A stretch of 64,000 nt of DNA, taken from the NCBI RefSeq assembly GCF_031769215.1, contig NW_026782096.1, forward strand, positions 1 through 64,000. Direction: 5' to 3'. The position numbers and the translations under genes are program-made. Position 1 is the stretch's first letter. Each line of letters starts with the position of its first letter. Positions 11,515 to 24,100 of the stretch are shown here, one piece after another. Origin of the DNA: Ylistrum balloti. Lineage: Eukaryota. The notes beneath the pieces are model-generated. The model searched no databases and was not told where the DNA came from. It saw only the letters and a program-made list of their open reading frames with translations.

Positions 11515-12614
11515 CTTTAAATAAACGGAAAAGAATGTTAATAGTTGTCACAATATTGCAAGGAGTTTTGTTCTAACTCATCAAAGACTTTCAAAGGACA
11601 ACGAGGAAAAATATATGTAAATACTTTTTATATATGACATACATTCCAAGAAACTGTCATTGGTATACAGCTGCATCCTTAAAAACAACACATGACAATT
11701 TTGAAATATTTTACACAACATCATCACTTTTTGAACTTCTGCTCCATGCCGCGTTTCAATTGCAATGAATTTAATTGGTGGCATCAATGAACAAGAATAA
11801 TATGCGATATCGTATATTTTCAACGTATATAAGGAGCTGGTTAAAATTCTGAAATCGCAGAAACAGGATCCGTACTTTTATATAATATTGTGCATTTATT
11901 GTATTGAGTTAATATCCGATTTGCTTCTACAGGTATAATCTAGTTCATCAGTATTTAGTTTTATTTGATAAAATAATTATCTTGCCAGATACACTCGCAT
12001 ATACAACTTGACTGATTAGGGCATTTTTCTCCAGTTATATCTTGATTGACAAAAATATAGAGAATATTGACGTGAAAACAAAACAGCACTTCTAACTCGA
12101 AATCGATTCAGACATGACGCATTAATGACACAAGAAAGCGCAAGGGGTGTGCAAAGGACACTCAAGTGCCGCGCACTATTTAATACAAAAATAAATAAAG
12201 ACGCAGTATAACCAAAGTATGGATTAAACTGTATCATACAGTCGTTCTAGGACTCATCAGTAACGCTAAGGGTTTAAATCTCAAAACCTAATCAATATTC
12301 TAGTTTTTCCGAAGAGTAAGCAGTTCGTGTCTCTTGTAATGTTTTCCCCACAAAGCTGACTGAGGATAATGCCAGCTCTACAGAATTCCACGACAAACCA
12401 ACACACCAACATATTGCACAAGAAAGCAGAACTACATCAAAAGTTATCTTGTTGAAAGATTGTATACAATGTTTCGTGTCAATTTGTCTATAAAATAGAC
12501 AGGTATGTATTTGTCTATATGTGGCAAATATATATGAATTTAGATATTTAGAATTTCCAAAACACGTCAATGACGTCATACAGATCATACTCGCTTGCCA
12601 ATAATATAACTTAC

Positions 12615-12664
12615 TTTCTTTAACTTGTATTTTAAAAGAGGAGAATCTTTGGTGCTTCTTGTAC
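12615..12664 (-). CDS. NXPE: NXPE-family gene, exon 3 (50 nt, YKKHQRFSSFKIQVKE)
   Basis: ttacAG acceptor and GTAAGT donor. Phase 2 in and phase 1 out exactly bridge exons 2 and 4. Confidence 0.8.
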
Positions 12665-13708
12665 CTGTAATGAAACAAATATAATATATGCTATTTATCT
12701 ATGTATGTGAAATTTGATACAGAAATAAGTAGATGGAGTAGTAAAGATGTTTGCAATAAAAATGTAGTATTTATGTACAACTCAATTACATTACATACTT
12801 AAACGCAGCAACAAGCGTTACCTATTAATAAATGTCTAGCATAGCTATGCAGTAATATGTATAATAAAACCAATTACATTTGACCTAACAAAGCTGTTAT
12901 TGGTAAAAGATCCAGAACGATTCCATTGTGATGTCATAATTTCATACCGTCACATACATCGTGACGTCACCAAAGAAAAACCAAGAAATTTTTGAGAAAA
13001 AGAAAAAAAGACAAATAAACAAACAAAACAAATCAACCCACCCTTCCCTCACCCCCTAAAAACAATAAAACAACAAAAATGAACTAAATACACAATGAAG
13101 GACCAAGATTAGGTCAAAGTATATAGTTCTATAATCAGATGCTGCAAGAGAAGATTGTCTTACAAATTTCTTAATTATTTGTAGGAACACATCATCAATT
13201 AAAGAGTTAACCTGAAATACAGTTTTGTCACGACAGCCTCTCCATTTCTAAGATTGCTGATAACCACTTCTTCTATGACTAATGTCTTAAGAGATATTTT
13301 GTATTCAAAAAGATTAATTTTTGTTAATGCACCAAAATACTTAAAAATAAATGATTCTCTTACAGGAAACAGATGTATGGAAATCATCATGATTATGTGT
13401 AATAAAATCACGTTTAGTTGTGTATGTATCTCATCTCTCGACATTATGCCCAGCGTTCACCATCCTAGAAATAAAGTTTAATGTTCTCAGCTCTAAGTAG
13501 GGAGGTATTCAAAATTCTACATCACTGAAAATTCGAGAGTCCATATGATCATTGCAACGACTTATATTTATTATGACTGTTAAATTAACATAAATGAATA
13601 AACAAAACAAAACAAAAACAAAACAACAGCAAAAACAAACGAACGAACGAATGAACAAAAACAGGAAATTCTACTGAAATGCAAAATCTTGGACAACTAT
13701 CTACTAAC

Positions 13709-14455
13709 GTTGAAATATGCCTTGTTAGGTCACTGATCATGCTTGTTTTATTAGCTTTCACAGTTTTCATGTCTTTACATGTCACAAAAGTAGACTTTGG
13801 TTTACAACAAAACCATGGAAGTCCATAATTTTGCTTGGTCAAGTTACATCTATCCGCCAATGTACATCCTTTTAAAATGGCGTCGTGTTTCGGGCTGCAT
13901 TGCGTTTCTTCCTTATATCTACCACTCGGGTCTATGAACTGAGAAGCCATCATTTGTAGCAGCCCATGTTCATTCACATACTTCATAATAAGCGATATGT
14001 GATGTCGTGAGTTAGCAACTGACACTATGACCTCTGGACGACCTTTCCATGGTAAGAGTAGTACCCCAGTATACGACCCATTTCTGTGATCTAAGACGTA
14101 TCCATTGACGTTGGCTTTGATCTTCGTCTCCTTTAACCATACTCTGAGGAAGTCACCACCGGTACTCACAGGTTTACCGTCTGTGCCAAACAGTCGGATT
14201 CTTATCCTCAAAGTGTCTCCAATTCTTAATGGGAAAGTTGTTGGTAACACTAAAATTTCAGACAGTCTTACAGACAAAAAAATGTTATCGTTTGTAACAT
14301 TCATCTTTTGATAAATATCGATTTCTTCTGTACCAGAAGAAGACTTTTGAAAGTTCATGTCAGTATGTGATATCAGAATACTTGGTCTCTTTTCGTCTTT
14401 CCCATGTATTCCGTAGGTAGGAAGTTTAGCAAACGCCGAGTCAGACCAAATCTTC
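13709..14455 (-). CDS. NXPE: NXPE-family gene, exon 2 (filamin/Ig-like neurexophilin region)
   Basis: GGDFLRVWL...NGYVLDHRNGSYTG and PWFCCKP motifs. tttctAG acceptor and GTTAGT donor. The frame is open throughout. Confidence 0.9.
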
Positions 14456-14799
14456 CTAGAAATTAAAACAAATCAAGTAAGATTTATAGTATGCAATTTG
14501 TTAAAATTGAATTAAAAGTGTTCTTGTTAGCTTGTCGTATGATTGCACACAACATGTTTATATATTATAACAAATCTTAGAAGTATGGACTTTAACTGTT
14601 TTACCGTTGGAAAATCACGAAAAAGAGGATTTGCTGTCTGAGGTTTGAATTTTAATATGAAACTGGGTCAATAGAAGAATGTTATACATGCTTTACATCC
14701 CAATCGCCAATCTCTTTAATTTTCTGAGCTAGAAACCACGATGCCAGATAGTACATAATAAAAATCATGTAATGCTGTGGCTATAGGACAAATACTTAC

Positions 14800-14870
14800 T
14801 TAAATAGAAGAATGGAAAAGAGGCACATTGTCCCCAACAGGAACAACCACCTTCGATTACGTGACATCAT
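14800..14870 (-). CDS. NXPE: NXPE-family gene, exon 1 (type II signal anchor MMSRNRRWLFLLGTMCLFSILLF)
   Basis: ATG followed by a basic stretch and a hydrophobic helix. The GTAAGT donor is in phase 2, matching exon 2. Confidence 0.85.
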
Positions 14871-16491
14871 TCAGCTGTTCAACAATAAACAAAGTAAAAC
14901 ATTAAAACAAACCATGCTGTGTGTGACAGGCCTGCTGTGTGAGGATGTTTGTGCGGGGAGGGAAAAATCGCAAAATGTTTCTTTCGTCCATCAGTATTAA
15001 AACCTTTAAGTATTATAATATTTGCATGCATATATGTATTCTGAATTCAACAGCTGTAGCAGGGACATGTGATTTTTCTTGCAAGACTGCATATTGTTGT
15101 TTGAAGAATTGTTTCTTTGAGATAGTTTATTTTCAAATATCCATCTAAAACAAGCATGATAGACTTGTTACTCTCATGCAATATTGATAAAGTTAATAGA
15201 ATGCCTTAACGAAATTATATGAAGTCAGCTGTCGACTTAAACCCAAAGAAACCACATGCCTTTATTCAAGTAATGTAAAAGTTATTTAAGACGAGGTGCT
15301 ATTTTTCGGTATTTTCGAGGATGGAAGAAATCGAGAAGTATATAAATGTCTTAAATAAATCCAGATAACAAGTGTTCATTTGATGAATTTTGCAAAAAAG
15401 AAAAAAAACAATCTATTGCATCAAGCGTTTGATAACACCACTAAAGTCGGAAGTATAATAAAAACACCCTTTACAGTTCTCATTCCCTTGTAAGTGCACG
15501 TGATTGATATACCAGTATAGACCTCTAATGTATTTTTATAATAACCAATTGGTGGACTGTTGGTCCTCTTCCTGATTAATCAGAATGAACAGGACTATAG
15601 AGCAGGCACTAAGATTCTGGTTTCTTGGTATTGTGCGTACTGATAAGCCATGTTGTGTGTACTAATGCTTGTCAATTAAGAAGATTGCTTTGGACTTATT
15701 AACACTATGTGGTGAAATAGTTAAGAGATGGCTGGCGAATGACTGACAGGTTGATTCCAAAGGCTGAGATTTCTTAGTCGTATATTTAAACATATAGATG
15801 TATACATATTATTGTCAAGTCATGCCTTTCCTCAGCGGTAGAATTATAGAATATGTCTTTAATGTATTGATGATGCCACTCATCGTCGCGGAGAACTATT
15901 GCTATGCTGAAATTCTTTAAATGTATCTCGATGTTGTATAGAGAATCTTCTGTCTTTCGGGTTAAACTTTCTTTCTAATTGATGTTATATACAACACCAG
16001 TTGGCCATCACATGTTTAGGTATCATATCGCTGTCATAACAATACATCATATAAGACAATTTTGCACTATTAACTGGAAATAAACTTGCACGTTAATATA
16101 TTGCACCACTGTCCAATGCAAACGTGTGCACATACGCTGATGCGAACCCTTTCAATATTTATGTCAGGTGATTGCCATTTGTCAGCAGATGAGTGTACGC
16201 TGTAAATATTTATGTCAGCAGTTTGCCATGTGTCTGCGTGTTAGAATGATGTGCAGTTGTAAATATTTCATAGACGTTTGTCGTTTTAGAAAACAATATT
16301 GAGTCTTATTTATTGTCACTTGGCTAAACTATTCCAAATCCATGTTTAAATACATAGCACATTTAATTAGAAAATGTGCAACAACTGATTCATTATGGCC
16401 ATTCAGAAATGCATTCATGAACAACGCACAGTCGAGATCTCTTGTGCAATATTAAAATCAATAAATTTTACTTTAAACTTGAATTGTTATT

Positions 16492-16778
16492 NNNNNNNNN
16501 NNNNNNNNNNNNNNNNNNNNNNNNNNNNNNNNNNNNNNNNNNNNNNNNNNNNNNNNNNNNNNNNNNNNNNNNNNNNNNNNNNNNNNNNNNNNNNNNNNNN
16601 NNNNNNNNNNNNNNNNNNNNNNNNNNNNNNNNNNNNNNNNNNNNNNNNNNNNNNNNNNNNNNNNNNNNNNNNNNNNNNNNNNNNNNNNNNNNNNNNNNNN
16701 NNNNNNNNNNNNNNNNNNNNNNNNNNNNNNNNNNNNNNNNNNNNNNNNNNNNNNNNNNNNNNNNNNNNNNNNNNNNNN
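16492..16778. other. Assembly gap (287 N)
   Basis: Run of N abutting a CA microsatellite. Confidence 1.
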
Positions 16779-16832
16779 CACACGCCACCACACACACACA
16801 CACAACCTCACACACACCCTCACACACCCTCA

Positions 16833-16870
<38 letters not shown>

Positions 16871-16900
16871 ACACACACACATACACACATATATATATAT
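16779..16900. repeat. (CA)n / (TA)n microsatellite
   Basis: Seen directly. Confidence 0.95.
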
Positions 16901-16949
16901 TCAAATGTATATACATACACTGTGTATATTTGAACATTTTCAGTTGTAT

Positions 16950-19620
16950 ATTCTTTTATAAAGAATACGGCTACATAGAGTTTGCATGTAATTCAACATA
17001 CTTCTTGTGGTGTCACTTTTGATCTTCGACATCTTCAGCTTTTGTAAAAGGGCTTTATTCTTGAATTTGTAATATACAATATCGTTCCCTTTCTAATATA
17101 TTTTTTTACGCTCAGAGCAATAACTTAGCAACCAAGCATAAATATAATATATATCCATTTTCCATCGCCCTTTGCATCTCATTTACCTGATTTCTTCCTA
17201 AAGACCCATGCATTATTCACACGTAAAGAAAAACATTTTATATACATTCAATCACCCACGTGATTCCACAGCCAATTTCTCTCTCTCCCTTCCACGATCT
17301 GTTCACCAATACACTCATCTACACATATAATAGCATACCACTTGCATACACACCTTTCTTCTCCGTACACATACATGTACATACCTTCTATCACTTGCAT
17401 ACCTTCATGCTACGCATCTCATTAGATTTACACCTGTACATACTAACATAAATACACACGTCTACAATCATTCAACTCCGCTTCACAAAAACAAATCATT
17501 ATATTACTTCACTTACGCACACACATATATGCATGCACATATACTCTAATGTACACCCAAACATCTTTTTCATTCTTAACCCCTATTGATTCATTTCGTA
17601 TGACTTCTTTTATCAATTTTCGCCTGTTTTGGTTATATTATCGCTGTTGTTCTCATCACAGTGCATGGATTATTTTTATTATTTTATAGAGTTTATAAAA
17701 TGATTTTATGTGATCTACTTCATTAATAATGCTAATAACATATTTGTTTCACTTTGAATATCAATATAAATGCACCTTACATTTTTAGATATTGTCGTTT
17801 CATCGAGCAGCAACCTGATCAATCGTATAGAGAACTTCTGTGTTGGTTCAAACACCTTTAGACACATCAACCAAGCTATTGGCACCATTGACCAGGCTTT
17901 GAACGAATATGGGAATTATTCCTACCAAAGCCTTGTATACGTCAGTGACAAGCCTGTTAAAATTCTTTTATCACTGACTAAGTTTTCCGTGAAACGTGTC
18001 AGATATTTTTTCACTTTGTTTGTGTTTGCATTTGACATAAAATACTTAATTTCATACTGAAGTATTGACGAAGGATCAATTCTTTTCTTCTGTTCACTAA
18101 CATAATAATTTCTGAAAATTGTATATATCCAACCAATGTTAATAATTCATCAATTTCAGCATAATTTGTGTATATGATCTTATAACCAATCACCATGTAC
18201 TGTAACTGACGGTTGTTATTCAAAATTCATTCTATCGAATGAGACCATAACTCTGTTCCACAATATATGAAAATACCTGCACTTAATAAAATGATGTTCA
18301 TAATCTTCAGTGATGTTACATAAATTACACGAATTGTTTGTCTCTATTTTCAATTTATATAGCGGCTCTTCATTGGGAAGTGTCTTGCTGTAGAGTTTTC
18401 ATTTGATTATTTTGTAATTGTTATCTTCCATACTAAATATATAGCTAAACATGTTTATCATAATTTATATATCTGACATGTTAAATTTACCTTTCCAGCT
18501 TCTTTACAGAAACTTTCAATAAACTTTCTTTGTATCACCAATTCATAAAATGCTTTGTTAGATTTTCTAAATGTTGTGTATTGTTCCGGCTCTTCATCAT
18601 AAACATGCCGCTATCTTTTTTAACCTTTGTTTTTAATGAGGCCACTGTTTTCAGGCTCTTTGTCCACTCTTGTAATCGCTTGCCTTAATTGTATCATTTT
18701 GCTAATCCAATTTGTTTTTATTTAAGTTTATGAAGTACAACATTCTCTTCTACAAATCTCCTGTTATTTAAAACATCGTCTATTAATTTGATTTTACTAC
18801 GTATCCATTTATTGAACATTAAGGATTTACCATTACTTTTGATATGCTTATTTCTCCAAATTATTTCTTTCCTAATATCCCTAAATTCTGTCCTATTTTT
18901 TGGTTTTCCGCCCTCTAACTTTACCTACGGTTCTATACTTCTAACATAATAAGCAGGAATATTATTTTCTAAATCAATGAGTTTTTTTTAAGTTGCCAAT
19001 ATTCATTTTGAAAATCAAGTTATTGGCACCAAATTTTTCATAATATGATTACGGTATTATTTTCCAGTAGGCACTTGAACCATCAATGAGTCTTTTTTAT
19101 CCATGCTTTTCTCAACATATCTATGCGACTTTCAACATCTCGGACTTTTCGGACTTGTCAAGAGAGACAATTCTATTTTCCCAGTTCAAATTGTTACAAA
19201 TCTTTTGATTTGTACCGAGATAGATTCCCAAACCTTTAACTTTCTTTTGTCATTTAATACCCTCATAATTGTTTGCCCGTCTTTTGCTTTGTTCTTCTGT
19301 CCTTTCTCTTTATATCACGTATTATTTATGTATTTTCTTACAATTTTAAAGCCTTTCAATCTACTTTCTAATACATAATTTTGTAATCTATATTTAATAC
19401 TTAGCCAGTTAATACCATCTTTCCTATAAGTTAATATGCCTAAGCCAAGCTTTGGTTTCTCACTTAGTTCTCCTTCTTCATACCCTTCATTCAATGAATC
19501 TATAATCAAATTTTCAACTTTATCCCAAAACTGTTGATTAAGTTCTACAGTTAGCGCATCTGTACCTGGACTTTTTTCAGTTTCATTTTGAATACTGCAT
19601 TTAATATTCTGAAACTCTCA
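16950..19620 (-). mobile_element. Degenerate L1/Tx1-like LINE ORF2 (RT and downstream region)
   Basis: Minus strand near 19.5 kb reads KSPGTDALTVE...FWDKVENLIIDSLNEGYEEGELS, the Tx1-type start of the RT region. The rest is riddled with stops. Boundaries approximate. Confidence 0.7.
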
Positions 19621-20620
19621 AAGGATGAGAAAGTCCGGCAGGCAGGCGTTCATGTAAAGACAGAGAGGAAGTGATCAGTAAGTAAGGTTGTAGAGGACGC
19701 AGAATGCAGGCTCAGACACAAAGACACAGTGGGGTCAGTTTGCTGCGGTAGACATGGTCTGAGAACAACACACAGACAACAGTAGAAATCAGCAGACTAT
19801 AGAGAGAAATGGGGACAGAATGTGATCAGAGTTCAGGTGGAGGAAGAAAAAAGGAGGAAAGCAGTGGAGATGGGCTGCCAGGGCGCATGGACAAATGGAA
19901 CACAGAGGAAAAACAACTAACTTAAAAGGACATCTAGCAATATCCACCATTACAGTTCCTTCTGCGTTCAGTCTATGACCTCTTACCATCATCGGTCAAT
20001 CTCCACCGATGGGGATTGGTACCAGACTCGGCATATGCGCTGTGTGACAAAAGAGGGACCTTGGACTGACAAGCTGCCAGACGACACTAACTCAGGGCCG
20101 TTAGACGTGGAGACATAACGAAGTACTTCGTGAGCTTGCAGATACTTTGGAAGGCCAAAAGGAAAGTAGAAAAAACAGAAAGCTTTTACCATCAACATCG
20201 TGAAGGAAAAACAGAGATCTTCAGCACCGAAAACCAACAGGAAGGGGGGACTACTGGAAATGACAGACAAGTTGACAATGGAAGCGGATCTGAATCGCAG
20301 ATCGTCTTTCCATGACATTGTCCATACAGCTCTCAGACCAGACATTGTACGGTGGTCCAAGGAAAGGAAGAAGTTGATACTGGCAGATCTGACTGTACCG
20401 TGGGAGGAGAGGTGTGAACAAGCCATTGGGAGGAAACGTACCAAGTACGAGGACCTGTTGACAGAGTGTCGGGAGCAGGGATGGCAGATATGGAACTTCC
20501 CTGTTGAAGTTGGGTGTAGAGGTTTCCCTGCACAAACATTGTGAGGAATGTATAGCGCATTAGGAGTTATAAGGACGGAGAGGAGTTAGGGGTTGAAACA
20601 TTCAGTGATGGACGGACTGG
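19620..20620 (+). mobile_element. 3' fragment of a Hero/NeSL-like non-LTR retrotransposon (zinc knuckle + restriction-like endonuclease)
   Basis: RPDIVRWSKERKKLILADLTVPWEERCEQAIGRKRTKYEDL...VEVGCRGF (ORF 20200-20544). A decayed zinc knuckle and a WRHNEVL-like segment lie upstream. Confidence 0.8.
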
Positions 20621-20699
20621 CTGACGACTTCAACGGATCGGCACTGCCAACTACCACTAATGGTATCTGTGCTATGTAAGTTTCTAAATTGCTGACATT

Positions 20700-21150
20700 G
20701 TTGTTTTGTCTTCTAGTTCTATTTTTGCAGCAATGAACTGTTATATGTTTAAATTTGTCGTACAATAGTTCCATATTTGTCTTTTATTTAAAACGGTATT
20801 TTCGCATTTATGTAACTTTTTCTATGCAGACCTTTACATTTTGAATACATTCTCTCTCGCTTAGTATTGTGTTATTGATTTTCCGTATTCCTAGACCGGA
20901 TTCATTGTCCCTGTTCTATTCTTAGTTTTATTTGTATCGCCTGATCATCAGTGCCTGGGTAGATTTCGACCAAATTTGGTCTGAAACAATATCAAAGGTA
21001 TGTTATAATTTTCTTCATTGAGATCACCACTGACAATCACTGTCCCCAACATATACTCATCCACACACGCCTTGAAATTTTTAAGTAAGCCATTTCTATT
21101 TCTAATGAAATTTGATTTGAAGCATACATATTTATCTTGTATATCTTTTT
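20700..21150 (-). mobile_element. Possible ORF1 remnant of the same L1/Tx1-like LINE
   Basis: Weak decayed similarity (..ARENVFKM..). The orientation matches the 17-19.6 kb relic. Confidence 0.35.
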
Positions 21151-24100
21151 TGTATTTTAATATTTACAAACACATATCGCCCATCATTTGATACTAATGT
21201 TCGTGTACGTGTACAGTGCTCAAGTACTTTGATTAATAAGGCGTTTCCGTACTAACTCACGAGCATCGTAGGCGGTCTTGCCTCGAATTGTGGTAAAGTC
21301 CTTATTTATGGACATGTGCTTCAGGTCATGATGTTTATTAGATCACATTTTACAAGATGATCATAGGGTAATACGACCATCTACAACTTATGAATAATAG
21401 ACGTTTACGTAACATCAACATAGGTTGTCGACCATAACGACGAGTAGGAGAGTAAACATTGTTGACAAATTACAAAACAGAAACAATGTAAATAGCTCGC
21501 TCATAAGTTTGTCGATTATGACAACGGCGATGACACAGCACATTTTTTTGTCGATAGCTGTACGGTAAGAAGTATTTACTCTCCAAATGAGAAGTGTATT
21601 TCGCTATGTTTGCCCGATTTGTTATTGGGAAACAGAGTATTTTTGTAGCAAACGAAAGACAATATAATGATGAAGATGGATATTTTCATATCAAAACTAG
21701 TTATAGAAAATAACTTACCTTCGATATCACCTACACACAGGATAAATGTGTTGGCTTTTCCGTCGTTGATAAATCTACTTAGGGTAATTATTCCAACTGT
21801 GTCGTCCATGCAGGAACATTACGTAATACAATACAATTAAATGGATATGGATCGTTCGATATTCCACAAGCTTGTCGTCCCCTTACATTTTTGTGGTAGA
21901 GTGTATTTTTTCGATGATGACAACTCTGTTTTGTTTCCACTGTCATCTTGATTTGTAATAAATGTGTCACGTATACTACCTATTTATGTAGTAACCGTAT
22001 GTTCGATATGCTATATTCAGTGTACAGGTAACTTGTAATTTTATCATATGGACGCACATCCGTGTTATTAAACCATTCACTTATATATACGAATAACAGA
22101 TTTTAAATCCGTGAATTCCGAGTTGGTGACCACCTTCTTCGATTTTTAGCATAAAAAGATAAATAATTTAGATGTTTTTTTTATCTTAGAAACACTGACT
22201 ATTTAGGTGAAAATTGCCAATAATAAAGCACATCGGTCCGTCTTTTTTAATCATGAAAATTATCCTCGCATATTTCTCTACCAAAACCCTTAAGTCTTTA
22301 AAAAATTTTAATATTAGATGGTCAAATAAAAGATTTGTAATTTTAGACCTTATTTCAGTTAAACAAATTCTTTCATAAGCATCATATTTGGAAATGAATG
22401 TCCTTACTAACAGCCAAACAGATAACTGTAGATCTTAATATTTATTACATTATGTAAATTTAATGAATACTGATAATTTAGATAAATTATCAAATTTAAA
22501 CTTTATACTGACTTCAGATATTTTTATTGGTATATTATAGCATGCATTTTATTTATTTAAACTTATCTAAAAGTATTAATTTGATATACATTTATTAATT
22601 TTTCCTTTGTGACAAATGTCGCAACGTGCAAGGTATCGAAGGGACGTGACATGTATGCTGCTATATTTGCATTGACAGGTTCAATATACTACTTACAATA
22701 CGGAGGACCTATAGGGCCTGTTGATACGATGTCGTTCATGATTTAGACTATTCATTTGTTTTAGCTCCATATACGTAGTCCAGGGAGCTTTAGGCATGTG
22801 TGGACTTTTCGGCTAGCAGAAGCATTGTGGAACTTTAGTGGAGACTGATTCTTAACAATGGTACAACTTCCTAAATTGAGATGAAATTATAGGATTCGTG
22901 TTAATATGAACTTAAACCTAGAGGAACATTTTAGTTGTTTTGTTTTTGAGAAGTTTATCAAAATGTGGCATTACAAGGACTTATCGACTGATTTTTTGTA
23001 GTACAAAGTCCTTTACATATTTATGAAGCGAAATGTCGGTAGCCTGTGTCGTGTGACTACACATTTTGCGCCTGCTCGCTGTGTTTGACAGGCGGCCCGA
23101 CACTCGGACATGTGTTTACCTGGACCCTAACTCAAAGTAAAAGAAAGATAAACTTCGAGACCCCATTTTGTAATTCAAATACGAAGCATTCCTTTTACTG
23201 AAAGAGATTGGCGTGAGCTTATTATTTTCAATTTACAGATGGTGTGTGCGTGGAGGCGAGTTATTGTGCGGGCTCGGTCACATGTGTATTAGACAGTTTG
23301 AAGAGCTAGGGGAAACTCCTGTGAGGATAAGTGCATGTGCAATAGACGTAAATATCCAAAGGGGAAGCCTAGTTTCACCATTGGTGCCCTTTTGCCGTGA
23401 ACATGATGAAATTTTGCTAGACCAGAGACGTAAATAACGCAGAGACTTGGTCACAGATGTGTACCCATGTGTACTTCTAAAGGATTTCCGAACGTTGCGA
23501 CCTGCGCCATATTGCATACGTCGTATTGGATATACGCTTCCGTGACTATTCATTGTAATACATAAAGTTTATTTTGTGACATCTTTGAAATGTTGATGAG
23601 TTTTGATTATTAATCATTTATACAAATAATTATATGAAAATACATAAAATTCCAAAAAGACCAAAGTCCTTTTATATGTGTTGATGGCAAATCGGCTTAC
23701 TGTGTTGTCACAGAATATATGAAACTACTATTTTATCAATAAATTGGTTTTAATCTAGGTTTCCTTTATTGATACTTTGATACAGTATTTCATCAGTCTT
23801 CTTTGCAACGTTGTAATACATCGTCAATGATATTTAGTAATTGAGAAAAGTCCATGGTCGATGCTAAGTGAAATTAACTTTACCTCTCATTGTCAAGTAT
23901 TGGTAACTTCATTTACCCGTCTCACATTTTGACAAACTCCTATTTCGTTTCTCGCTCAATTTGAAATCAAGTTTTGTATTTCAATTATATATATGATGTT
24001 CACTTGACTACAGAGTCAGTTTCGGTATATCCTGGCCCCAAAAGAGCTGTGAAAAGTCGGTATTTTAACAACAAGTCAGTGGCGAAGCTCTAGGATTCAG

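Noticed and set aside
16395-16961. ORFs spanning the N run
   Set aside because: Artefacts of the assembly gap plus the CA repeat.
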